Translations under genes and position numbers: made by a program | Origin: a virus | Reading direction: 5' to 3' (one strand) | Length of the DNA: 59,526 bases | IMG/VR virus record: IMGVR_UViG_3300037511_000322 | In this document: in pieces, positions 51,778 to 59,405 of the stretch | Position numbering within the stretch: position 1 is the first letter of the stretch | Layout: the number at the start of each line of letters is the position of its first letter | The notes under the pieces: generated by a model | What the model was told of the DNA's origin: nothing | The model's database searches: none | What the model saw: the letters and a program-made list of their open reading frames with translations, nothing else

Positions 51778-52030
51778 ACCCGATGAGCCACCACTCATCG
51801 ACGTGGGCAAGATCATGAGGCTGGAAGATCTGCCAGCTATTCAGGTTCAGGAGCCAAAGCCCAGGAAGCGATTCCTGCGCGTGGTTTTTCTGAACGGCAG
51901 TGAACGCTGGTACGAGCTCGACGACGAGGGCTGGCGCTTCGATGCCATGACCCGAGAGCTGGTCATCGCCAAGGGTGTGGGACGTAAGCACATCCCTCTC
52001 GACAACGTCGAATACTACAGTCCGGAGTAG
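51758..52030 (+). CDS. hypothetical protein (~90 aa)
   Basis: Overlaps the poly-Asp end of the upstream gene. The start is ambiguous (51749, 51758 or 51761). Confidence 0.45.
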   Translation: MMTTTSEPDEPPLIDVGKIMRLEDLPAIQVQEPKPRKRFLRVVFLNGSERWYELDDEGWRFDAMTRELVIAKGVGRKHIPLDNVEYYSPE

Positions 52031-52037
52031 GAAGACA

Positions 52038-52898
52038 GTGAAGGTCTACCAGAACATGGCCTTCGCCGACATGGTCGGGCAGATGTACCAGGACTTCCTG
52101 GGCGCTGCCCGGCCCGTCGACGTTGGGCAATGGCAAGGGCGCGACATCAAGGGCGATGCCTCAAAGGTCACTTGGGAAATCAGGGAAGCCGTCCTGCAGC
52201 TCGGGATGCCCGACTCGATCGAAGGGGCGCAGCGCGACATCTCGCCGAACCTGCCCTGGGCTGAGGATCACTTCCAGGAGCGAGTCGGGCGCAAGCCGCT
52301 CAACCCCCCACCCTCCAGTGGCTGGTGGCCGTTCGCCCAGGCGGGCCACGTCGAGCACGTGAACGAGAAGGGGATGTTCTCCCACACATACCCTGAGCGC
52401 TTCTGGCCCAAGCACGCAGGTGACTGGGAAGCGAGTCTGGGTCAGCTCGGTGCACACGGCGAGTGGTGCGAAACCAAGGGGATCCGGTTCAAGTATGGCG
52501 ACCTCGACGATGTGGTCTGGCGGTTGATCAAGAACCCCATGACGAGGCAGGCTTACCTGCCGGTCTGGTTTCCTGAGGACACTGGGGCGCCCGACGGCGA
52601 ACGAGTGCCCTGCACCATCGGGTACCACTTCATGATCCGCGAGGGACGACTCCACGTCAGCTACACCATACGAGCCTGCGACTTCATGCGCCACTTCAAG
52701 GACGATGTCTACATGGCGATTCGTCTGGGGCAGTGGGTTCGGGATCAGCTCCCGCACGAGGGCAGCTTGACCATGGGTGAGCTGACCATGCACATCGGCT
52801 CGTTCCACATCTTCGCCGGCGATCGACCTATGGTTAAGCACCTCGCCCATCAGTACGTCAGCGGCAAGAACCGACGGCTCCTGGAGGCTCTCCGATGA
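52038..52898 (+). CDS. thymidylate synthase family protein (candidate pyrimidine-C5 hydroxymethylase or methylase)
   Basis: GTG start after GGAAGA. IKNPMTRQAYLPVWFPED and VPCTIGYHFMIREGRLHVSYTIRACDFMRHFKDD align with ThyA NDPDSRRIIVSAWN and [34 protein letters not shown]. The catalytic Cys context is conserved. Confidence 0.75.
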   Translation: MKVYQNMAFADMVGQMYQDFLGAARPVDVGQWQGRDIKGDASKVTWEIREAVLQLGMPDSIEGAQRDISPNLPWAEDHFQERVGRKPLNPPPSSGWWPFAQAGHVEHVNEKGMFSHTYPERFWPKHAGDWEASLGQLGAHGEWCETKGIRFKYGDLDDVVWRLIKNPMTRQAYLPVWFPEDTGAPDGERVPCTIGYHFMIREGRLHVSYTIRACDFMRHFKDDVYMAIRLGQWVRDQLPHEGSLTMGELTMHIGSFHIFAGDRPMVKHLAHQYVSGKNRRLLEALR

Positions 52899-53410
52899 CG
52901 CTTCCCCTTCAGTGGGCATGGGACCCAGGCAAGAGACCCTCGACCGACTGGGTGTTGATGCAGACTGCGTTCGCCTGGTCGACCAAGAGCACATGTCCGA
53001 GAGCCCAGGTCGGAGCCGTAGTCTCGAGAGACGGGCGCAGTTTCTCTAGCGGGTACAATGGGGCACCAAAGGGCATGAAGCACTGCGACCATGGGTGCAA
53101 CTGCAAGCCGGATCCCTTCGAGCCGATCCTGCTGAACAGCGATCACATGGAGGGCTGCAACAGTCAGAAGCCCTGCAAGAACGTGGTTCATGCCGAGGCA
53201 AACGCGCTCGCCTTCGCGGCTCGATATGGTGTGGGAACTGATGGCGCCGAGATCCACTGCACCCGTATCCCTTGCTTGAACTGTGCTGGACTGATCATCA
53301 ATGCCGGCATAGCTCGCGTGGTTTGGTACGAGGAGCACAGGGACATGGAAGGTCTCCTGCGCCTGGGCGAGGCAGGTCTGGAAGTGATAAGGTGGAGCTA
53401 TGAGGGGTAA
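52895..53410 (+). CDS. dCMP deaminase
   Basis: VHAEANA and PCLNCA zinc-binding motifs. ATGA overlap with the upstream gene. Confidence 0.85.
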   Translation: MTLPLQWAWDPGKRPSTDWVLMQTAFAWSTKSTCPRAQVGAVVSRDGRSFSSGYNGAPKGMKHCDHGCNCKPDPFEPILLNSDHMEGCNSQKPCKNVVHAEANALAFAARYGVGTDGAEIHCTRIPCLNCAGLIINAGIARVVWYEEHRDMEGLLRLGEAGLEVIRWSYEG

Positions 53411-55970
53411 TCCAAACTGCAGTGACTGCAAGCTGCATCGTAATGCAGCCGCTGTCTGTGTCATGGGTGACGGTCCGCGCGATGCTGACATCATGGTTAT
53501 CGGCAAGATGCCGAACTCGGACAAGAATCAGACCGCGCTGGAACAGCAGTTGGAGGAGGTTGGCCTCGACCCGAAGCGGGTCTACTATACTAGTGCTCTG
53601 AAGTGCGTGAACTGGGAGGATAGCGCCAGTAACGCCCATGTCAAGGCTTGCCGGCAATATCTCGAACAGGAGATCGCCGAGGTCAAGCCCACACACATCC
53701 TCGCTCTCGGTAACGAAGGCTTGAACGCCGCGGCAGGTAAGTCCGGCATCACGAAGTACCGCGGTCAGCTCTTCGAGAAGGACGGCTACACCGTCATCCC
53801 GACCATCTCCCCGATGGCGGTGAACCGTAACCCCGGCCAGCGACCTGGCTACATGGCTGATCTGCGGCTCTTCGCGAACACCTACCTGGGCAAGGCTACC
53901 GGGGTCAAGGTTCCGAAGTGGGCTTTCATCGACACTAAGACAAAGCTGAAGAAGCTCAAGACGATTCTCGAGCAGACGCATCTGATCAGCTTCGACATCG
54001 AGACCACGGTTCACAACCTCGGCGAGTTCGACCCGAACGCCAAGATCATCACGATGGCGGGTACTTGCCTAGTTACCGAGCTCGACGCTCAGACTGGTAA
54101 GGAGCGCGACAGGATCTTCGGGTTCTGCCTGCCCCTGTACCACCCTGAGTCGCCGTTCCAGACGACCTGGAAGTCGGTGCTGAAGTTCCTTAAGCCGGCT
54201 CTCGAGGGAATTCCGAAGGGGGTCGCTCAGAACGGCAAGTTCGACTGCCGATGGCTGACTCACTTCGGTGTCAACATGAACCACACCTTCGATACCATGC
54301 TGGCGATCCACCTGCTCAACGAGAACATCGCCAAGGGTCTGAAGCCGAACGCCCAGGCGAGGCTGGGAGTGCCACCTTGGGGCATCGACACCAAGGATCT
54401 GCTAAGCGAGGCCCTCGCCGAGGTCGCTGAGTACAACTTCCTCGACACATACTACACCTATCTCCTGTACAAGCAGCTGAAGCAGGAGCTGATCGAGCAG
54501 CCTAGGTTGCTGCGGATCATGACGAAGTTGTACATGCCCGCGAGCCGCGATCTGGTGCCTACGGAACGCCGAGGAGTCTGGCTGGATATCGACCGGCTGC
54601 GTGAGCGAAAGCCCAAGGTCGAGGAGAAACTCCGCAGCATCGAAGACCAGTTGAAGGAGTACCTCCCCGACCCCGACTCGGATGACTGGCCCATGGACTC
54701 CAAGGGTCGGAAGAAGCTCGAGGTCAACTTCAACGCAAGTCGCTTCGCGCGGTGGTTCCTCTTCGAATGGATGGCGCTGCCGGTCCTCGAACGAGGCAAG
54801 GAGAAGCCCGATGGTTCACCAGGCGACCCGAGCATGGCGGAGGATGTCCTCCTTCATCTACAGAAGGATCATCCACACAAGGTGATCGATCTGATGCTCG
54901 AGCGAGTGTCCTGGCAGAAGAACCTCAGCTCGTTCTTCAACGCCTACGAAGTCATGTATGACGATGAGCACAGGGTGCACACGACCTTCAAGCTCGCCGG
55001 CACGGTGACTGGTCGACTCAGCTCGGGCAAGGACACCACCGACAAGATCTCGGGCAAGGCGAATCTTCGCGGCGTCAATCTTCAGCAGGTCCCTCGAGAT
55101 CCGCTGATCCGAGGTATGTTCGGGGCACCCTACGGCTGGTCGTTCGTCGAGGCAGACTACAGCCAGATCGAGCTAAGGATCGCCGCGTTCATCGCCAATG
55201 AGCGACACATGATTGCCCTGTACCAGCAGGGCGCGGACATCCACATGACAACTGCGATGGCGGTGACGGGTCTGCCGAAGGCCAAGGTCACGAAGGAGAT
55301 TCGCAAGAAGGTGGGTAAGCCGGTTAACTTCGGTTTTCTCTACGGTATGGGCTGGCGGAAGTTCATTGAGACCGCGTTCAACAACTACGGCGCGGTATTC
55401 AATGAGCAGGAAGCTCAGGCCTACCGACGAGCTTACTTCGAGCTCTTCCCCGACCTGCCTCGATGGCACGAGCGTCAGCGCCGACTTGTCAGGCGATACG
55501 GAAGGGTGCAGAGCCCCTTGGGAAGAATCAGGCACCTGCCCGATATTCACTCGCCCGAGAAGGGGGTCCAGGCTGAAGCGGAGCGACAGGCGATCAACTC
55601 GCCCGTGCAGGGCTTTGCCAGTGACATGGCTCTTCTCAGCATGACCATCATCAACCAGAAGTTCCGAGAGGCGGGCATCGCTGGCCACTGTCTCGGCCTA
55701 GTACACGACGCCATCAACTTCGAGATCCGAGATGATGAGCTCGAGCGAGCCCTGCCCATCATCAAGGATACGATGGAAGATCCGGTACCCCTACGCAAGA
55801 AGTTCGGGACAATCCTCACTATCCCCATCGTGGCTGACCTCAAGGTGGGACGACACTGGGGCGATGCCCACGAGGTAGAGGATCCCAATGTCATCTACGA
55901 CCCCGACCTCCTCAACCACTGGTTGTCGGAGAATCACCCCTCGTACCAGCATCTGTCGAAAGTAGCCTAG
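53400..55970 (+). CDS. family A DNA polymerase with 3'-5' exonuclease and an N-terminal family-4 UDG-like domain
   Basis: 856 aa. N-terminus: CSDC...IMVIGKMPN...ALKC...KAC...TISPMAVNRNP (UDG4 scaffold). ISFDIETT (Exo I). EADYSQIELRIAAF (motif A), KPVNFGFLYGM (motif B), LVHDAINFE (motif C). Confidence 0.9.
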   Translation: MRGNPNCSDCKLHRNAAAVCVMGDGPRDADIMVIGKMPNSDKNQTALEQQLEEVGLDPKRVYYTSALKCVNWEDSASNAHVKACRQYLEQEIAEVKPTHILALGNEGLNAAAGKSGITKYRGQLFEKDGYTVIPTISPMAVNRNPGQRPGYMADLRLFANTYLGKATGVKVPKWAFIDTKTKLKKLKTILEQTHLISFDIETTVHNLGEFDPNAKIITMAGTCLVTELDAQTGKERDRIFGFCLPLYHPESPFQTTWKSVLKFLKPALEGIPKGVAQNGKFDCRWLTHFGVNMNHTFDTMLAIHLLNENIAKGLKPNAQARLGVPPWGIDTKDLLSEALAEVAEYNFLDTYYTYLLYKQLKQELIEQPRLLRIMTKLYMPASRDLVPTERRGVWLDIDRLRERKPKVEEKLRSIEDQLKEYLPDPDSDDWPMDSKGRKKLEVNFNASRFARWFLFEWMALPVLERGKEKPDGSPGDPSMAEDVLLHLQKDHPHKVIDLMLERVSWQKNLSSFFNAYEVMYDDEHRVHTTFKLAGTVTGRLSSGKDTTDKISGKANLRGVNLQQVPRDPLIRGMFGAPYGWSFVEADYSQIELRIAAFIANERHMIALYQQGADIHMTTAMAVTGLPKAKVTKEIRKKVGKPVNFGFLYGMGWRKFIETAFNNYGAVFNEQEAQAYRRAYFELFPDLPRWHERQRRLVRRYGRVQSPLGRIRHLPDIHSPEKGVQAEAERQAINSPVQGFASDMALLSMTIINQKFREAGIAGHCLGLVHDAINFEIRDDELERALPIIKDTMEDPVPLRKKFGTILTIPIVADLKVGRHWGDAHEVEDPNVIYDPDLLNHWLSENHPSYQHLSKVA

Positions 55971-55973
55971 TGA

Positions 55974-56002
55974 TTGCTTATCGGTGCGGGAGATGGTATA
56001 CT
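55974..56002 (+). promoter_or_regulatory. sigma70-type promoter for 56022..56252
   Basis: TTGCTT-N17-TATACT, followed by an AAGGAGG RBS. Confidence 0.55.
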
Positions 56003-56021
56003 TATGCCAAGGAGGTGAACC

Positions 56022-56252
56022 ATGTCCAAGCGCCATACCCGCACCGGTAACAAGCGGCTTTGCCCTCAGCACAAGAAGAAGATTCTTCGTGACCGAGTTG
56101 AGGCTGAGCTACTGCTAGAGCATATCCAACTGCGATCTCGACGTGAGATTCATGATGAGAAGCGAGCTCACCCGTGTGAGTTCGGCTTCGGCTGGCATCT
56201 CACGTCTGAGGACGCCCGTAACAACGAGCCGGGTTATCGTCATTCCGCTTAA
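56022..56252 (+). CDS. small basic protein with a C...GWHLTS motif (76 aa)
   Basis: HPCEFGFGWHLTS. I recall this motif from small phage proteins of unknown function. Confidence 0.55.
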   Translation: MSKRHTRTGNKRLCPQHKKKILRDRVEAELLLEHIQLRSRREIHDEKRAHPCEFGFGWHLTSEDARNNEPGYRHSA

Positions 56253-56254
56253 GA

Positions 56255-56284
56255 TTGACTAGTAATCTCCCCGGCCGATAGCAT
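56255..56284 (+). promoter_or_regulatory. sigma70-type promoter for 56314..57369
   Basis: TTGACT-N18-TAGCAT. Confidence 0.5.
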
Positions 56285-56313
56285 CGTCTTACGACATTGA
56301 CCGAGGAGATAAG

Positions 56314-57369
56314 GTGCCAGGCCTTTACTATGACGAGAGTGTTGGCAAATACGTTGTCACGCACTCCATGATCAAGTCCTTCCGTGGCTGTCCACGACAA
56401 ACGCTGTACAAGCAAGTGGACCGGCTCAAGCCGAGGATCATCGGGCAGCCACTGAAGCGCGGTACCTGGATGCACTACCTTCTCGAGGAGCACCACGGCG
56501 GTCGAGACTGGAAGCTCATGCACAAGAAGCTGAGTGCCCAGTTCGCCGAGCTCATGGATGAGGAGAGGGATCACTATGGTGATCTGCCAACGGAATGCTA
56601 CCGCATGATGGAAGCCTACGTCTGGCACTACGCGAATGACCCCTGGAAGGTCCACGAGGTCGAGTTCACGCTGGAAGCGGAATTCCCAGATGGCACCCTG
56701 TACCGGGGCAAGGTCGATGCTCTGATCGAGAACCAATTCGGTCTCTGGATCGCCGACCATAAGACACACGGCAACTTGCCCGATCATACCTTCAGGTTGC
56801 TCGATGCTCAGTCGGCTTTGTATCTCTGGGCAGCCAAGAAGATGGGGCTTCCCGTACAGGGCTTCATCTGGAATTACTTGCGGGCCAAGACACCCTCCAC
56901 ACCCGAGATGCTGAAGAATGGTAGCCGGCTCTCGAAGCGGCTTGGGGAGACTGACTACCTCACCTTCACTCGCGAAGTGCAGCGGCTCAAGCGAGAAGAG
57001 GGGTATCGGATTCGAGCTGAGGATGTCGAGATGCAGCGTCGACTTCGTGCTCAGCGATACGTGCCCGGCGAACCTCAGCTCTCCCCATTCTTCCGCCGCG
57101 ATGTCCTGGAGAAGGACGACGACATGCTGAAGCGAGTCGCCGGCGAGGCCTACCACACGGCGAAGCGGATGGCAAAGTATCCATTCCATCAGCGTGACGT
57201 CGTAGAGCGCAATGTCGACCCGTTCAAGTGCAGTCGATTCTGCAGCTACCGTGATCTCTGCACTATCGAACTGATGGGGGGTAACACCCGCACATTGATG
57301 AAGAACTACAAGGTCGGCGATCCCCAGGATTACTATCACGACAGGGCGGGTGAGCTCCGTGGCGCATGA
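56314..57369 (+). CDS. Cas4/RecB-like PD-(D/E)xK exonuclease with a Cys cluster
   Basis: GTG start after GAGGAGA. GKVDALIE...LWIADHKT (D...D.K). Cys at FRGCPRQ plus CSRFCSYRDLC gives the 1+3 Cys pattern of Cas4-type nucleases. Confidence 0.8.
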   Translation: MPGLYYDESVGKYVVTHSMIKSFRGCPRQTLYKQVDRLKPRIIGQPLKRGTWMHYLLEEHHGGRDWKLMHKKLSAQFAELMDEERDHYGDLPTECYRMMEAYVWHYANDPWKVHEVEFTLEAEFPDGTLYRGKVDALIENQFGLWIADHKTHGNLPDHTFRLLDAQSALYLWAAKKMGLPVQGFIWNYLRAKTPSTPEMLKNGSRLSKRLGETDYLTFTREVQRLKREEGYRIRAEDVEMQRRLRAQRYVPGEPQLSPFFRRDVLEKDDDMLKRVAGEAYHTAKRMAKYPFHQRDVVERNVDPFKCSRFCSYRDLCTIELMGGNTRTLMKNYKVGDPQDYYHDRAGELRGA

Positions 57370-57469
57370 CTTCCGAGAAGAGCTGGCTTGGGCAGCTGGC
57401 ATCTTCGATGGAGAAGGTCACATCGGTGCACTTCAGATCGCTCGCCCCGGAGAACTACGAGGTGCGTGA
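57359..57469 (+). pseudogene. remnant of a LAGLIDADG homing endonuclease (N-terminal motif only)
   Basis: The frame reads VAHDFREELAWAAGIFDGEGHIGALQIARPGELRGA*. LAWAAGIFDGEGHIG is a textbook LAGLIDADG helix, but the ORF stops about 25 aa later. Confidence 0.4.
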
Positions 57470-57599
57470 TGCCCAAGACCCCCATATGCCCGCGGTGTGA
57501 CGACGACGCATCTGACGAGCCCAAGGACCACAACCCACCCTGCAGGATCCGAGGCTGTAACTCCCAGTCTCACTCGGCCTGCGAACACTGAGAGGGAAC

Positions 57600-58409
57600 A
57601 TGGCAGAGAAGGACTACAACGCCATCGCCCGGAAGCGCATCCAGCGACCGGCCAACATCAAGCGGCTGCCCAAGCTGCACATCTACGCACGACAGAAGAA
57701 GGGCAAGACCACCTTCAGCGTCAGTGCAGGTGTGGAGAAGACGCTCGTCCTCGACCCGGAGCATGGGACTGACCTCATGCAGTCCAAGAACCCCCATGTC
57801 TGGCATATCGAGCGATGGGAGGACATGGATGAGGCTTACAACTACCTCCGTTCGGGTGACCATCCCTACGAGTGGGTCTCGGTCGACGGTCTCACCAAAC
57901 TCAGCAACATGGCGCTGAAGTACACCATGCGACTGCAGGAAGAACGATCCATCGACCGGATCCCTGGTCAGGTTCAGCAGAGGGACTACGGCCGCGCTGG
58001 CGAGGTCATGAAGACCATGCTGACCAACTTCCACAATCTCCCCCAGGGCGTCGTCTTCACCAGCCAGGAGCGGATGCAGGAGGTGGTCGACTCCGAGGAA
58101 GACGAGGATGTCGAGACCGAGGGGGCTGAGTTCGTCCCCGATCTGCCCAAGGGGGTCAGGGGCTATGTGAACTCCCTGGTCGACGTGATCGGGCGACTCT
58201 ATGTTGCCAAGATCGAGCATCCTCGGGATCCCGAGAAGATGCTCGCCCAGCGTCGACTCTGGATCGGAGAGTCACTCAAGTACGATACCGGATACCGATC
58301 GGACTTCACTCTACCCGACATGGTGAAGGCCCCCTCCATTCCGAAGCTGGTAAGTCTCATGCAGACCGGTCAGCTCCCAGTCCGGGCCGCCAAGAAGGCT
58401 GCGGCCTAA
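57600..58409 (+). CDS. RecA-like ATPase (AAA_24 / Sak4-like)
   Basis: LHIYARQKKGKTTF (Walker A) and VSVDGLTKL (Walker B-like). It is followed by a DUF669-like gene, the usual partner. Confidence 0.75.
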   Translation: MAEKDYNAIARKRIQRPANIKRLPKLHIYARQKKGKTTFSVSAGVEKTLVLDPEHGTDLMQSKNPHVWHIERWEDMDEAYNYLRSGDHPYEWVSVDGLTKLSNMALKYTMRLQEERSIDRIPGQVQQRDYGRAGEVMKTMLTNFHNLPQGVVFTSQERMQEVVDSEEDEDVETEGAEFVPDLPKGVRGYVNSLVDVIGRLYVAKIEHPRDPEKMLAQRRLWIGESLKYDTGYRSDFTLPDMVKAPSIPKLVSLMQTGQLPVRAAKKAAA

Positions 58410-58435
58410 CTGAGAATGGCGCTTGCTACGTCGGG

Positions 58436-58465
58436 TTGATCACCCCACACACCTACCGATAGCAT
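58436..58465 (+). promoter_or_regulatory. possible promoter for 58514..59197
   Basis: TTGATC-N18-TAGCAT. Confidence 0.45.
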
Positions 58466-58513
58466 GCTCAACGATACATGCCCCACCATGGGGCTGACCG
58501 AGGAAGGTAACAC

Positions 58514-59197
58514 ATGGCTACTGCTGCCGCTAAGGCCGCAACCGCAGTTCTCGACTTCTCCGGGGTCAAGGATCGCAGCGAATCCGGCATCAACAAGAAG
58601 CGGGTGCCCGCCGGTGACTACCTGGCGAAGGTGGCCCGGGTCGAGGACCGTCCGGTCAAGGACACCAAGGAACCCCAGTGGATGTACGTCATCTCGCTGG
58701 AGTCGGTGCGGGGCCGTGCCTACCCGTACTACTGCAAGCTCGAGGCGAACCAGCTCTGGAAGCTGCGCAACCTGTTCCTCGCCTGCGGTGTCGCGATCCC
58801 GAAGAAGAAGGTCCGGCTCGACCCGAACAAGATCGTCGGCAAGTCGCTCGGCGTGACCATGGAGGACGACGAGTACGAGGGCAAGCTCCAGTCGGTCATC
58901 GCCGAGGTCTTCCCCGCGTCGGAGCTGAACGAGGACAACCCGGGCAGCGACCCCGACGACGAGGACGAGGAGGACCAGGAGGACGAGGACCAGGAGCCCG
59001 AGGACTCCGACGAGGAGGAAGAGGAGGAAGAGGAGGAGGAAGAGGAGGAAGAGGAGGAACCCGAGCCGGCGCCCCGTCGACGTGCCCCGGCCAAGAAGGC
59101 GGCTGCCTCATCCAAGGCTCGCATCCCCGGCCAGCGCAAGGCCGAGCCCGAGGTGACCGACGACGAGCTGGACGAGCTCGACATCGACGATATCTGA
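58514..59197 (+). CDS. DUF669-like ssDNA-binding protein with a poly-Glu tail
   Basis: LDFSGVKD...VPAGDYLAKVARVE...LWKLRNLFLACGV...GKSLGVTMEDDEYEGK matches the DUF669 pattern as I recall it. The C-terminus has 16 consecutive Glu. Confidence 0.6.
   Translation: MATAAAKAATAVLDFSGVKDRSESGINKKRVPAGDYLAKVARVEDRPVKDTKEPQWMYVISLESVRGRAYPYYCKLEANQLWKLRNLFLACGVAIPKKKVRLDPNKIVGKSLGVTMEDDEYEGKLQSVIAEVFPASELNEDNPGSDPDDEDEEDQEDEDQEPEDSDEEEEEEEEEEEEEEEEPEPAPRRRAPAKKAAASSKARIPGQRKAEPEVTDDELDELDIDDI
59012..59059 (+). repeat. GAG/GAA trinucleotide tract encoding E16
   Basis: gag gag gaa units read directly. Lies inside 58514..59197. Confidence 0.9.
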
Positions 59198-59249
59198 TTC
59201 CCGGGCGAGCGATCGTCTTCAAAATCTCACCCCCCTCCCGAGCTCATCG

Positions 59250-59279
59250 TTGACGTCTCATAGGCCGAGATGAGATGAT
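59250..59279 (+). promoter_or_regulatory. possible promoter for the VRR-NUC operon (across the circular junction)
   Basis: TTGACG-N18-GATGAT. Confidence 0.4.
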
Positions 59280-59349
59280 TCACTTAGTTCGACCGCGGGA
59301 ATTTATCCTTGAGCTCGGGGGAGCGCACACACCGCGGTCAGCAAAACCT

Positions 59350-59405
59350 GGGCGGCCCGACTTACCTAACTCTCCTCGGTCAAAGGATAGATAGTCGGGC
59401 CGCCC
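59350..59405 (+). repeat. 13-bp perfect inverted repeat in the 5' UTR of the VRR-NUC gene
   Basis: GGGCGGCCCGACT-N30-AGTCGGGCCGCCC. The right arm spans the junction (it corresponds to window bases 1-6). Confidence 0.8.

Noticed and set aside
58678-59253. Arg/Gly-rich (+) and Ser-rich (-, 58729..59184) ORFs overlapping the DUF669-like gene
   Set aside because: These are alternative-frame readings of the GAG/GAA and GAC repeats that encode the acidic tail. They have no independent signals.
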